Notes: generated by a model not told the origin, from the sequence alone. A DNA stretch of 64,000 bases from Conexivisphaerales archaeon (GCA_035543015.1 DATKKG010000061.1:2065-66064), one strand, 5' to 3'. Positions 1 to 9,416 are shown, numbered from the stretch's first letter. Translations and numbers: made by a program.

Positions 1-216
1 TCGGCCTCCAAGGGTGAGCAGGTGGCCATCTCGATGAAGGAGCCGGTGATAGGGCGCCAGATCAAGGAGGAGGAGACGCTCTACTCCCTTCCCGCCAGCG
101 ACGACGCAAGGCTCTACAAGACGAGGTTCGCCGACAGGCTCTCCCCGGAGGAGACGAAGCTGCTGGACTCGATCATCACCATGAGGCGGAAGGTCCAGTA
201 CATGTACGCCTTCTGA
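1..216 (+). CDS. 3' end of an unidentified protein-coding gene (open to window edge)
   Basis: Frame 1 is open from nt 1 to the TGA at 214-216 (track ORF 22..216). No family motif recognised. Confidence 0.4.
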   Translation, partial: SASKGEQVAISMKEPVIGRQIKEEETLYSLPASDDARLYKTRFADRLSPEETKLLDSIITMRRKVQYMYAF

Positions 217-534
217 CCGGCTCTGAGAGGTCATCTTCCTATTCTTCCCTTGCAGGCATCGGCTCTGAGGACTACGGGAGTCGTCCGGTTCCCCTTCATG
301 GCTTCACCTGCCAGCCTTTTCTCACAGGCCACCAGCCTCTCTCGACCGCGGCGGGGGAGGGAACTGGCGATCCCCGCCAGCCCCCGTTCGGACAGGATTG
401 CCGCAGCGTTCGCGTCGCTAACGACCTTCCAGCCGTAGCGACTGGGGTTCGCCCTTCAGTCGGTAATCTCCCTGAACCTTCTGACCGAAAATCTATTAAG
501 AATCGCGAAGTAGGCTCTGGGAGAGGAGCGAAAG

Positions 535-945
535 TTGCCTACGTTTCAGGTAGTCCTGTCCGAGCCCAAGACGAGGAAGGCGGTCAAGCTTGAGCTCAAG
601 GACCCGAAGTCTTCCTTCATGATAGGCCTCAAGATAGGCCAGGTGGTGGACGCCAACCCCATAGGCGTCAAAGGCAAGATCAAGATCACCGGCGGGAGCG
701 ACAGGGCGGGCTTCCCCATGAGGGCCGGGATCCAGGGGGCGGGCAAGAAGTACGTAAACCTGGCTGACGCGCCGGGCTTCAAGCCGACTTCCTCCGGCCT
801 CAGGAGGAGGAAGCTCCTGAGAGGGGAGACCATCTCTGAGGACATCTACCAGGTCAACGCCGTGCTGACCGAAGGCGAAATGCCCGAGGCGCCCAAGGAA
901 GAGAAGGCGGCAGAGGAGGCGTCAGCGAAGGGCGGCAAGAAGTAG
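535..945 (+). CDS. rps6e: 30S ribosomal protein S6e
   Basis: 136 aa. TTG start preceded by GGAGAGGAG. KITGGSDRAGFPMR and GLRRRKLLRG are S6e-type motifs. Lys/Glu/Ala-rich tail. Confidence 0.95.
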   Translation: MPTFQVVLSEPKTRKAVKLELKDPKSSFMIGLKIGQVVDANPIGVKGKIKITGGSDRAGFPMRAGIQGAGKKYVNLADAPGFKPTSSGLRRRKLLRGETISEDIYQVNAVLTEGEMPEAPKEEKAAEEASAKGGKK

Positions 946-1000
946 GCCCTCCGTCGCACTGAACCTTTATCAATACACCTTCGGGATACCCTAGTTATAC

Positions 1001-2239
1001 ATGTCCAGCGGCTCCACCAAACCCATTCCAAGACAACCTGAGGTGAACATCGGCACCAGCGGGCACGTTGACCACGGAAAGACCACGCTGGTCGAGGCCT
1101 TGACGGGCAAGTGGACGAGCGCCCACAGCGAGGAGCTCAGGAGGGGCATCACCATCAGGGTGGGCTACGCGGACGCCGCCATATACCGCTGCGAGGGAGA
1201 GAGCCCGCCAGCCTGCTACAACACCGACGGCGAATGCAAGGGAGGGGAGGCGAAGCTTCTGCGGGTTGCCTCCTTCGTGGACAGCCCAGGCCACGAGAGC
1301 CTCATGGCCAACATGCTCAGCGGGGCCGCGATAATGGACGGGGCGATCATCGTGATCGCCGCCAACGAGCCCGTGCCGCAGCCTCAGACAAAGGAACACG
1401 TTCAGGCGCTGCGGATGATCGGCGTCGAGAAGGTGGTGGTGGCCCAGAACAAGGTGGACCTGGTGGCCTACGAGCAGGCCCTCGCCAACGAGTCGAGGAT
1501 TAGGAGCTTCCTCGAGTCCTACGGCTACGGCAACGCCCCCCTCGTGCCCATTTCCGCCCAGAAGCACCTGAACATCGACGCTCTCCTCGAAGCCATAGAG
1601 GCCACGATCCCCACTCCCCAGAGGGACATCGCAGCGAAGCCCTTCATGCACGTACTGCGTTCGTTCGACGTGAACCGGCCGGGGACCCCCATCGACAAGG
1701 TGCGGGGAGGGGTGGTGGGAGGCTCACTTACCCAGGGTACGCTGAAGGTGGGCGACCAGATCGAAATAAGGCCCGGCCTCTACGACAGCGTCAAGACGAA
1801 GTATGTGGCGGTCGTGACGACGGTCGTCAGCCTCGGGACAAGCGCCGGCCTCGTCGACTCGGTCAAGCCTGGAGGGCTGGTGGCGATCGGGACCACTCTG
1901 GACCCCTTCTACACAAAGAGCGACGCTCTGGTGGGGAGCGTGGCTGGAATCCCGGGCACGTTACCCGAGGAGATAAGCGACCTTGGGATGAAGCCCACGC
2001 TGTTCGACACCGTGGTTGGCGTCAACGATGTGATCAAGGTCGAGCCCATCAAGATGAACGAGATCCTGAGGCTGAACGTAGGCACCGCCACAACGGCGGG
2101 AACCGTGTTCCAGATGAAGGGAGGCAACGTCTACGTGAAGCTCAGGAAACCGGTCTGCCCGGCCCCGGGCGCCAGGGTCGCCATCAGCAGGAGGGTGGGC
2201 GACCGCTGGAGGCTCATCGGTTCGGCCACTCTGGTGTAG
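1001..2239 (+). CDS. eif2g: translation initiation factor aIF-2 gamma subunit
   Basis: 412 aa. GTPase motifs GHVDHGKTT, DSPGHE, NKVD. Cys knuckle CEGESPPACYNTDGEC. Lies in the conserved S6e-aIF2gamma neighbourhood. Confidence 0.97.
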   Translation: MSSGSTKPIPRQPEVNIGTSGHVDHGKTTLVEALTGKWTSAHSEELRRGITIRVGYADAAIYRCEGESPPACYNTDGECKGGEAKLLRVASFVDSPGHESLMANMLSGAAIMDGAIIVIAANEPVPQPQTKEHVQALRMIGVEKVVVAQNKVDLVAYEQALANESRIRSFLESYGYGNAPLVPISAQKHLNIDALLEAIEATIPTPQRDIAAKPFMHVLRSFDVNRPGTPIDKVRGGVVGGSLTQGTLKVGDQIEIRPGLYDSVKTKYVAVVTTVVSLGTSAGLVDSVKPGGLVAIGTTLDPFYTKSDALVGSVAGIPGTLPEEISDLGMKPTLFDTVVGVNDVIKVEPIKMNEILRLNVGTATTAGTVFQMKGGNVYVKLRKPVCPAPGARVAISRRVGDRWRLIGSATLV

Positions 2240-2243
2240 GCCG

Positions 2244-2618
2244 TTGCTGGTGCTGCTGGATACCTCCATCCTCATCTACCTGGTCGAAACTCCGTCCTCC
2301 TTCCTGGAGGGGCTCACGGGAAGCCTCGGGAAGGTGGAGTTCGCTGTCACCGATTCGGTCCTCGGGGAGCTGAAGGGCCTGGCCGCGTCCAGGGGCGCCA
2401 GGGCGAAGAAGGCCAAGGGCGCGCTCTCCTATGCCCAGGGGCTGAAGTCCTACCCTGTGGGAGGGGAGGCCGACGACTCTCTTGTCAAGCTGGCACTGAG
2501 GGAACGGGCCGTAGTGGCGACCCTGGATGGAGAGCTTGCGTCATCTCTCAGAAGGAAGGGGATACCAGTGGCGACCCTGAGCGGCGACCGGCTTCTAGTT
2601 CTGGGAGCGACCACCTGA
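2244..2618 (+). CDS. PIN-domain protein
   Basis: 124 aa. TTG start 4 nt after the eif2g stop. N-terminal LLDTSILIYL and later VVATLDGEL acidic PIN positions. Sits between aIF2-gamma and rpo7, a typical position in archaea. Confidence 0.75.
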   Translation: MLVLLDTSILIYLVETPSSFLEGLTGSLGKVEFAVTDSVLGELKGLAASRGARAKKAKGALSYAQGLKSYPVGGEADDSLVKLALRERAVVATLDGELASSLRRKGIPVATLSGDRLLVLGATT

Positions 2619-2639
2619 GTTCGGCCTACTTTGAAAAAG

Positions 2640-2648
2640 TTTAAAATA
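2640..2648 (+). promoter_or_regulatory. TATA-like box (TTTAAAATA) upstream of rpo7
   Basis: AT-rich box in an otherwise GC-rich spacer, about 60 nt upstream of the TTG at 2707. It lies only 2 nt from the alternative GTG at 2650, which argues against that start. Confidence 0.4.
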
Positions 2649-2706
2649 CGTGCGCCTGAGACCTCTTCGTGGAGCAGGGCCGCGAGGTCTTTGTGAGAGG
2701 GTCAAG

Positions 2707-3288
2707 TTGTTCCAGCTAGTGAAGCTGAGGGACGTCGTCCGAGTCCCGCCTGACAAGTTCAGGGAGCCGCTGAAGGGGGTAGCGGAGACCGTGCTCAAGA
2801 TGAGATACGAGAGCACGCTGACTCCGGAACACGGCTACATCATATTGGTGACCGGAGTGCAGGTCGAGCCGGTGGGCAAGATGGTCCACGGCGACGGAGG
2901 GATCTATCACCACGTCGAATTCTCGGTCCTGGCCTACGAGCCGAAGCTGCAGGAGATAGTCGAAGGGGAGGTGGTGGAGATCACCGAGTTCGGCGCTTTC
3001 GTGAGGATCGGTCCGGCCGACGCGCTCCTCCATGTCTCTCAGATCATGGACGACTACATCTCCTCCGACCTGAAGCAGGGCATCATCCTCGGCAGCAGCA
3101 CCAACAGGAAGCTCAAGGTGGGCTCGAAGGTCCGGGTGAGGATAACGGCGGTCAGCTTGAGCCGGGGCATAAGTCTCGGCAAGATCGGCGTGACGTGCAG
3201 GCAGCCGTACCTTGGAGCTTTCGAATGGATAGAGGAGGACCTCGCGAAGGCGGCGCCGAAGAAGGGCGCCAAGGAGACGAAGGCCTAG
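2707..3288 (+). CDS. rpoE: DNA-directed RNA polymerase subunit Rpo7 (E')
   Basis: The TTG at 2707 gives MFQLVKLRDVVRVPPDKF, a family-typical N-terminus. S1-like fold (GEVVEITEFGAFVRIG). The track ORF starts at GTG 2650, but the TATA-like box at 2640-2648 makes that start unlikely. Confidence 0.9.
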   Translation: MFQLVKLRDVVRVPPDKFREPLKGVAETVLKMRYESTLTPEHGYIILVTGVQVEPVGKMVHGDGGIYHHVEFSVLAYEPKLQEIVEGEVVEITEFGAFVRIGPADALLHVSQIMDDYISSDLKQGIILGSSTNRKLKVGSKVRVRITAVSLSRGISLGKIGVTCRQPYLGAFEWIEEDLAKAAPKKGAKETKA

Positions 3289-3300
3289 GGGCGTTTCGGT

Positions 3301-3489
3301 TTGACCAAGGAGCTCGCCTGCAGAAAGTGCATGTTCATCAGCCAGGGCAAGGTCTGCCCTGCGTGCGGCTCTGTGGACCTGACCGAGAACTGGAAGGGGC
3401 AGGTGGTCATATTCAACGTGGAGAAATCCGAGGTCGCCAAGACCTTGGGCGTGACCAAGCCGGGCAAGTATGCCCTTCAAGTGAGCTAG
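3301..3489 (+). CDS. spt4: transcription elongation factor Spt4 (RpoE'')
   Basis: 62 aa. Zinc ribbon CRKC...CPAC. Directly downstream of rpo7, as in most archaea. TTG start. Confidence 0.9.
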   Translation: MTKELACRKCMFISQGKVCPACGSVDLTENWKGQVVIFNVEKSEVAKTLGVTKPGKYALQVS

Positions 3490-3493
3490 GGAG

Positions 3494-4012
3494 TTGCCGT
3501 ACTACAGGCTCCAGAACTACCAGAGAGAGGACCTGAGGAGACCCCTTGGGGTCCTTATCAGCAACGGCGACCTGGCGGCCTACCTCAAGGAGGCGGTGCC
3601 GTCCGACGCGACCGTCGTGACCGTTGGGGACAGGACCACGGAATACTTCGTCACCCACGGGTGGCGCCCTTCCCTGCAGATAGTGGACACTCTTGAGAAG
3701 AGGGCGAGGCGCACGGCGCCCGTCGGAGGCTTCGACCGGATGACGAGCGTTAGCAACCCGGCCGGGGGCATCTCGAGCGAAGCCATGGAGCTGGTCCGGA
3801 CGGAACTGGCTAATGGAGGCGCCTCCAGGATCCTCGTTGTGGGCGAGGAGGACCTCCTCCTGCTGCCGGTCCTGGTCTTCGCTGCGGACGGGACCGACGT
3901 CTTCTACGGGCAGCCCAACGAGGGAATGGTCCACGTGAAGGTCTCGCCGCAGACCAGGAAGAGGGCAGTGGACGTGCTCTCCGTGATGGGATACCAGGCG
4001 CCGATGCGCTGA
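3494..4012 (+). CDS. DUF359 protein (GTP-dependent dephospho-CoA kinase family)
   Basis: 172 aa. Motifs VVTVGDRTT and LQIVDTLEKR. Conserved position after spt4. TTG start. Confidence 0.75.
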   Translation: MPYYRLQNYQREDLRRPLGVLISNGDLAAYLKEAVPSDATVVTVGDRTTEYFVTHGWRPSLQIVDTLEKRARRTAPVGGFDRMTSVSNPAGGISSEAMELVRTELANGGASRILVVGEEDLLLLPVLVFAADGTDVFYGQPNEGMVHVKVSPQTRKRAVDVLSVMGYQAPMR

Positions 4013-4081
4013 TCTGGAACCCCATGCTTCATCTCCCCCTCCACCATAAGATTCTTAAATGCACGCGCTGGTAGGCGTTGG

Positions 4082-4438
4082 ATGACTATGTCTCTGCAGC
4101 GGACGAAACTCTTCGAGAACGCATTGCTCGGCCGGAAGGAGGCCACGTACTACTTCAAAGACTCGGCCGGCATGCTGAACAGGTCCCAGGCCGTCAAGTT
4201 GGTGGCCAACGACCTCGGAGTGAAGGAGGAGAACGTGGTGGTGATGGGCATCCGCGGCAGGCAGGGGACGCGAGACCTCGTCGGCACCTTCTACGCTTTC
4301 GAAGACGTCAAGGCCGCGAAGGCTCAGCTACCGAAGCACTACTTCCTCAGGAGCATGTCCAAGGAGGACCGCAAGAAGTACTTCGAGGAAAGGAGGAAGA
4401 GCCGGGCCAAGAAGGTGGCCCCTGCGCAGAAGAAGTAG
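4082..4438 (+). CDS. rps24e: 30S ribosomal protein S24e
   Basis: 118 aa. N-terminus FENALLGRKEATYYF and basic C-terminal tail are typical of S24e. Confidence 0.93.
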   Translation: MTMSLQRTKLFENALLGRKEATYYFKDSAGMLNRSQAVKLVANDLGVKEENVVVMGIRGRQGTRDLVGTFYAFEDVKAAKAQLPKHYFLRSMSKEDRKKYFEERRKSRAKKVAPAQKK

Positions 4439-4455
4439 GAGTTGATGCCTAGACA

Positions 4456-4692
4456 ATGAGCACGGAAGTAACGCCGCCGGTGGAGGAGAAGAAGCCGAAG
4501 GCAGTCCGAAAGCCGAAGAAGCCGAAGGTGAGCCCGTCGGTGTACAAGTTCTACACGGTAAGCGGTGCCGTCCTTTCCAAGACCAAGAGGGAGTGCCCCA
4601 GGTGCGGCAGGGGGACCTTCATGGCTCAGCACAAGGACAGATACTACTGCGGCAAGTGTGGCTTCACCGAGTGGTTCGAAAGGAAGCGCTAG
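4456..4692 (+). CDS. rps27ae: 30S ribosomal protein S27ae
   Basis: 78 aa. Lys-rich N-terminus and zinc ribbon CPRC...CGKC. Follows rps24e. Confidence 0.93.
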   Translation: MSTEVTPPVEEKKPKAVRKPKKPKVSPSVYKFYTVSGAVLSKTKRECPRCGRGTFMAQHKDRYYCGKCGFTEWFERKR

Positions 4693-6311
4693 GAGGCCTC
4701 CAGCTCCTTCCTGATGGCTATGGCCACAGGAGGCTGGACGAGTATCTGAAACGGAAGCACGTATTTTGATGCCGAAGCAGAGAACATGTTCTCCCTTGGG
4801 CCCGTTTCACAGTAGCCGTCCCTGAACAGCCTCACGAGGTTGACGGCGGCCTCGGGCGACTCGGCGGTTATGGCGGAATAGTAGAGGTATTCCACTATGT
4901 CCCAGGGCTGCTCGCCTCCCTCCTCCGCCTGTTCTAGGTCCACGATGTTGACGCCCGCGGCGTTGATGAGGACGTTGCTGGGCTTCGTATCGCCCAGGCA
5001 GAAGTTCGTGGCGTGGATGCTCCCCAGGACCCGTGCGAACCTGCGGACCTTCTCCGCAGCCGACGGGTTTCCCTTCATGGCCAACCGGGTTATGGGCTCG
5101 AGGTTCTCGCCGTCGACGAACTCCTTTACTACCACCCTGTCGTCCGGCGCGACCAGGAGGATGCGTGGCGCCAGGGCCCCCGCCTTCCTGACGGCCAGGG
5201 TCCCCCTGTACTCCCTGGAAAGCCTGAGAAGGGGCTTGGACTCGAACTGCTTGGCAGTGACCGTCATCATGTTGGCCACCACCCACTTGAAGCTCCAGAA
5301 GTCCTGGAACTTCTTGGCGACGACCTTTGTCTCGCCGCCGGGGTACTGGATCGTGTACAATATCGCTGAGGAGAAGAAGTCCCCCATGTTCTCCGTCTTG
5401 TACTGGTAGGGGGAGCCGATCCCCAGCTCGGCTATCGCCTCCCTGATCCAGTCGGAGGAGAAGACGAGCCTTCCGTGGGGGAGGCGGATGAGCCCCTTCG
5501 GATTCTCCAGCTCGGACGGAAGCCTCTCCACCCCCCGGCTCCTGCTGATCTTGGAGGTGAGCTCCTTGAAGGCGGTGTTCGCCCCCACCATCCCTGCGAA
5601 ACCATGAGCGATGTACTGCCTGACCCCCCTTTCGGCGACCCGGAGCGGCTCAGAGAAGAGAGGGGCCTTGATGATCTTGGCCGAGTCCGCCGTCAGGACG
5701 CAGTAGCCCCCTTCCCTCTTCATCAGCCCCTCCTCCACCAGGTCCCCTATGACGATCTCGAAACCCTTCAGGGTGCTGACGAGGTTCTCCTCCTTCTGCG
5801 GGCCGCTGTAGGTCCTCGAGTAGGAGTAGATGACCGGCGGGTAGACGAAAGCCCGCTTCTTCAGCTTCTCGAAGAGGAAATACGAAGGGGGGACGAGCAT
5901 CTGCTGAGCGAAGTCGTCGTACCTGTCCAGGAGCTCCTCCACAGCTTCGAGGACGACCCGCCTCTTGAGGGATAGCTCAGCCTTCTTCAGGAACTCGGAG
6001 CCGTGCAGAGGCTGGTAGGTGTTAAGGAGGCGCCCCGAGACGAATTCGCCGAGCGATGCCTTCGTGGCGTCCTTGACGAACGACCCTTCGTCCACCAGCA
6101 GCGCAGAGAACTGCCTTCCGTCGATGGAGCCGTAAATGTACTTGGCCCTTGGGCGCAACTTGTCCAGGACCACAATAAGGTCGAAGTCGCTGTCTGGCCT
6201 GGAGTAGCCCGCGACCTTGGAGCCGTAGGCGGCGATGGCCACCACCTTCCTCGCCTTCGCGACCGAGGCCGCGGCCTTCAGGACGACCTCGCTGTCCCCA
6301 GGTCCCAGCAT
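4689..6311 (-). CDS. nucleotidyltransferase-domain / protein-kinase-like fusion protein
   Basis: 540 aa. N-terminal NTase signature [25 protein letters not shown]-terminal kinase catalytic loop [11 protein letters not shown] followed by VDLEQA. The start shares 1 nt with the stop of the upstream gene (TGATG at 6309-6313). Confidence 0.8.
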   Translation of the reverse strand: MLGPGDSEVVLKAAASVAKARKVVAIAAYGSKVAGYSRPDSDFDLIVVLDKLRPRAKYIYGSIDGRQFSALLVDEGSFVKDATKASLGEFVSGRLLNTYQPLHGSEFLKKAELSLKRRVVLEAVEELLDRYDDFAQQMLVPPSYFLFEKLKKRAFVYPPVIYSYSRTYSGPQKEENLVSTLKGFEIVIGDLVEEGLMKREGGYCVLTADSAKIIKAPLFSEPLRVAERGVRQYIAHGFAGMVGANTAFKELTSKISRSRGVERLPSELENPKGLIRLPHGRLVFSSDWIREAIAELGIGSPYQYKTENMGDFFSSAILYTIQYPGGETKVVAKKFQDFWSFKWVVANMMTVTAKQFESKPLLRLSREYRGTLAVRKAGALAPRILLVAPDDRVVVKEFVDGENLEPITRLAMKGNPSAAEKVRRFARVLGSIHATNFCLGDTKPSNVLINAAGVNIVDLEQAEEGGEQPWDIVEYLYYSAITAESPEAAVNLVRLFRDGYCETGPRENMFSASASKYVLPFQILVQPPVAIAIRKELEAS

Positions 6312-6997
6312 CAGTCGGCCATCTCCTTGAGCTTGGCAAGGGCCATGGGGTCGAAATCGGCGTTCAGGACGGCGTCGAGGGGTATCCTCGCGGAGTTGTC
6401 GTCGGGGTTCACCACCTTGACGGGCAGCTTTCGCTCGTACCAGTTCTTTATAGTCCTCTGGTTCAGCGCGTCGTCGGTGAACCCCTCCTCGAACTTGGCG
6501 TCTATGAGGCTCGAGAGGCTCTTGAAACGACCGAAGACCTTCTGGGGCGGTACCGCCTCCTCCATGTCCCTGTAGGTGGCCTCGAACATCGTGGAGGCGG
6601 CCGGGGAGGAGACGGGCTGCTCCGAGAATCGCCTGACCAGCTCAAGGTAATGGGTGAACTCGTGGGCCACCACCGCTAGGACCGTCCTCTTCGAGGCGTA
6701 CAGGATAAGGGGCGCGGTGAACTCGACGAGCAGGTGTAGTCTGCCGTTGGCCGCGGCTGGCACGTTCCTGGCGTAGTAGATGCCGGTGACGCCGACCTCG
6801 GCCTCTGACCTGACCAGGATGAGGAGCGGCTCAACGTAGTACGGCGGGTACGTCAGGCCAGCCGCCTTCTCCACCTTGCCGATCGATTCGGCCAGGACCC
6901 CCATCCTGTCCTCGAGCTTGGCGTAGACATCGGGCGGCAGCCTCCCCACCTTCACAGCCTCTCTGGGCCTTGCGAGAGGATCCACCCGAAGCGGCAT
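6311..6997 (-). CDS. HExxH-motif protein (putative zinc metallopeptidase)
   Basis: 228 aa. The only motif seen is VVAHEFTHYLE. Translationally coupled to the NTase-kinase gene. Confidence 0.65.
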   Translation of the reverse strand: MPLRVDPLARPREAVKVGRLPPDVYAKLEDRMGVLAESIGKVEKAAGLTYPPYYVEPLLILVRSEAEVGVTGIYYARNVPAAANGRLHLLVEFTAPLILYASKRTVLAVVAHEFTHYLELVRRFSEQPVSSPAASTMFEATYRDMEEAVPPQKVFGRFKSLSSLIDAKFEEGFTDDALNQRTIKNWYERKLPVKVVNPDDNSARIPLDAVLNADFDPMALAKLKEMAD

Positions 6998-7109
6998 GTC
7001 AAAAAAGCCACGGCGCGGCGCGTTAAAGGCTTTGCTCTCGCTGTTCAGGGGCGGTTGCGATGCCTTGCCGGGTCCATCCGAATCCCTTCCTACCTAATGT
7101 TTATATCAA

Positions 7110-7886
7110 GTGTTCGGAGGCACAGCCTTGCTGGTCGTCCACGTGAGGTGCGGGGCCTGCGGAGCCGAGGAGCCATTTCCATTCAAGTGTGCCTACTGCG
7201 GCCTCTACTTCTGCGGAGAGCATCGGCTGCCGGAGAACCATGCCTGCACGAAGTACGCCTACGCCCTTCCCCCCAGGCAGTACACGACGACCGCCGACGG
7301 TAGCATGAGCTACTTTCCGGGCTCCAGAAGGCGGTCGCCGCTGGACAGTGAGGCCGTCTCGTTCGCCGTGGGTGCGGTCCTCGTGTGGCTGGTGGGCGTT
7401 TCGATGCTGGGCTTCGAACCCAGCAACTTCGGCCTGGTGGTCAACAGCGTCCTTTTCGTCGTTGCCTTCCTCGGTCACGAATACGCCCACAAGCTGGCGG
7501 CGCATCACTACGGCCTCTGGGCCGAGTTCAGGCTGAACCCGCTGGGAGCCCTGCTTACGGCCCTTTCGATAGTGCTGCCCATCAAGTTCATCGCCCCCGG
7601 GGCGGTCATGTTGGGCGGATACAGCGACGAAAGGACGCTAGGGATAGTCGCGGCAGCCGGCCCCCTGGTCAACATAGCCATGTCTGCAGTGCTTGGGCCC
7701 CTGGTCTTCCTTCCCTCGGGCGGGTACCTTTGGCCGGCGTTCTATGTAAGCTCGTTCATCTCGGTCTTCAACCTGATCCCGGTGGCCATCCTCGACGGCA
7801 AGAAGGTGTTCGACTGGAACAAGGCGGTCTGGGGCGCCATGTTCGCCATCTCCGCCGTCTTTCTCTACGTCGCCTGGGTCGCCTAG
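7110..7886 (+). CDS. AN1 zinc-finger / M50 (site-2 protease-like) membrane metalloprotease
   Basis: 258 aa. N-terminal Cys/His AN1-like finger (CGACG..FKCAYCGLYFCGEHRLPENHAC). HEYAHKLAAHHYG HExxH motif inside a polytopic membrane domain. Confidence 0.85.
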   Translation: MFGGTALLVVHVRCGACGAEEPFPFKCAYCGLYFCGEHRLPENHACTKYAYALPPRQYTTTADGSMSYFPGSRRRSPLDSEAVSFAVGAVLVWLVGVSMLGFEPSNFGLVVNSVLFVVAFLGHEYAHKLAAHHYGLWAEFRLNPLGALLTALSIVLPIKFIAPGAVMLGGYSDERTLGIVAAAGPLVNIAMSAVLGPLVFLPSGGYLWPAFYVSSFISVFNLIPVAILDGKKVFDWNKAVWGAMFAISAVFLYVAWVA

Positions 7887-7894
7887 GGGACGCC

Positions 7895-8539
7895 TCAGGG
7901 TATCCCTATTTCCTCTACGACGAGCCGGCCGACCACGTCGGGCCTCTTCAAGAGACCGGGCTTCGCAGCGTGGAGGGTGACGGTGAGGTCGGCCCTGACG
8001 ACGAGCCCATGGTCCTCGCCGGTGTCCGGGTCGAGACCTGAAGGTATGTCTACGGCGACCTTCAGGGCCTTCGAGGCGTTGATCATGGAGATGGCCGTGG
8101 CGTGAGGCTCACCCACCGCTCCCTTCACGCCGGTTCCGAAGACGGCATCCAGGATCACGTCGCTGGAGTCGAAGAGGGCTTTCAGGCCGGATAGATCCTG
8201 AGCCGCTGCGACTTCGTTGATTCGGATGTCGTCAAAGGTCGAAATCATGTCCCATTGGGCGACCGCATCTTCAGCCCTCACCTTAGCCCTGCCCCCCAGC
8301 AGGATCAACGAGACATGCGCCCTGCCCGAGAGGTGCCTTGCGGCCGCCGCGCCGTCGCCACCGTTGTTGCCCGTCCCTGCCACTACTAGCACCGAGGGCT
8401 TCAGGCTTGCATCGAAGAGCTCGCAGACGTTCTCGGCGAGCGCCCTCCCGGCGTTCTCCATCATGAGCAGGCGTGAAACGCCACGCGATACGGCTTGGTC
8501 CTCCGCCTTCCTCATGGATGCCGAGTCGAGTACCTTCAC
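7895..8539 (-). CDS. nnrE: NAD(P)H-hydrate epimerase (YjeF N-terminal domain)
   Basis: 214 aa with VVAGTGNNGGDGAAAARHL, the hallmark loop of this family. Confidence 0.85.
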   Translation of the reverse strand: MKVLDSASMRKAEDQAVSRGVSRLLMMENAGRALAENVCELFDASLKPSVLVVAGTGNNGGDGAAAARHLSGRAHVSLILLGGRAKVRAEDAVAQWDMISTFDDIRINEVAAAQDLSGLKALFDSSDVILDAVFGTGVKGAVGEPHATAISMINASKALKVAVDIPSGLDPDTGEDHGLVVRADLTVTLHAAKPGLLKRPDVVGRLVVEEIGIP

Positions 8540-9348
8540 GGCGCGGCACCAAGGATGCCGACGGTCAGGGGCTGCACCCCCCTCTCCCTCAGGGCTGCGA
8601 CCAGGGGGTTTATTCCGACCGAGTCGCCCGATTCGTGCCCGAGCAGCACGAGGTTCCTGCTGGTGGGGTCGTCCTTGAGCCTTCTCAGCTCGTCTGCGTC
8701 TATGTGCATGTAGACCAGCGTGTCGACGCCGTGGGTGAAGTACTCCTTCGCGATCCCGTACCCCCCGTTCGTCCCCGCCGCCACAGCGAGCTTCGTCTTA
8801 CCTCTCGGTGAAGAAGGGTCACCGAGGACCACCTCGGGCTTGACCAAGGAGGCCCTGTACTCTGGCAGGGTGAGCAGGGAATCTACGATGTCCGACACTT
8901 TCGGGCCCGCCTTCGCCAAGGTCGCCGACATGACGTGCCTTCCTATCTCGTCGCACGGAAGGTGCACGTTCATGAGGGGCATCTTCATCTTCTCCGCCGC
9001 CTCGACCACCTGATTGTAGATAGCGGGATGCGCCTTCAGCCTCACCTTCCTCACGAGCTGGTCCACCGCGGCGCTGGCTTCGGACTTGGGCACCCCTTCC
9101 TCCATCATGAACTGGACATGGCGGGCCAGCACCTTGTAGAAGTTGACGCTGGTGCCACCGAGGGGGTGGTGGGAGATCACGCTGTCGCAGCCCAACTCCC
9201 TGGCCAGGACGAGCTCCGCGACCCCCACGTCGATGGAAAGCCACGGCCTTCTGATGTCCCCGCCGGGAACCTGGATCCCCGTGTCTGCGGGGACCTCTTT
9301 GAATCCTGCCAGCTTCAAGGCGGTTTCAATTATCTCGGTTTGGTTCAT
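8536..9348 (-). CDS. NIF3 (DUF34)-like metal-binding protein
   Basis: 270 aa. VISHHPLGG and C-terminal LLGHESGDSVG resemble NIF3 metal-ligand motifs. 4-nt overlap with nnrE. Confidence 0.55.
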   Translation of the reverse strand: MNQTEIIETALKLAGFKEVPADTGIQVPGGDIRRPWLSIDVGVAELVLARELGCDSVISHHPLGGTSVNFYKVLARHVQFMMEEGVPKSEASAAVDQLVRKVRLKAHPAIYNQVVEAAEKMKMPLMNVHLPCDEIGRHVMSATLAKAGPKVSDIVDSLLTLPEYRASLVKPEVVLGDPSSPRGKTKLAVAAGTNGGYGIAKEYFTHGVDTLVYMHIDADELRRLKDDPTSRNLVLLGHESGDSVGINPLVAALRERGVQPLTVGILGAAP

Positions 9349-9416
9349 GAAGGATTACTTTCTCGTCGGATAAGGCGACCACAGTTTTTAAGCGTGGTGC
9401 CGGTTGTTGGACCCTG

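Noticed and set aside
217-534. 318-nt GC-rich, hairpin-rich spacer before rps6e, considered as SRP RNA, RNase P RNA or another structured RNA
   Set aside because: Local stems exist (for example GGCGGGG...CCCCGCC at 364-379). I could not find the conserved SRP helix-8 or RNase P CR-I/CR-V sequence motifs on either strand. The listed ORF 250..438 has an unconvincing composition. The region is left unassigned, and a covariance-model scan would settle it.
995-1651. 218-aa minus-strand ORF and similar overlapping ORFs (for example 2716..3480, 41606..42463, 42444..43412, 55331..56134, 56537..57580)
   Set aside because: All of them overlap strongly conserved genes (aIF2-gamma, Rpo7, Rrp41/Rrp4, MtnA, citrate synthase) in other frames, and all have high-GC shadow composition.
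2650-2706. GTG at 2650 as the rpo7 start
   Set aside because: It lies 2 nt after a TATA-like box, and the extra 19 residues (Arg/Gly/Pro-rich) are unlike Rpo7 N-termini. The TTG at 2707 was preferred.
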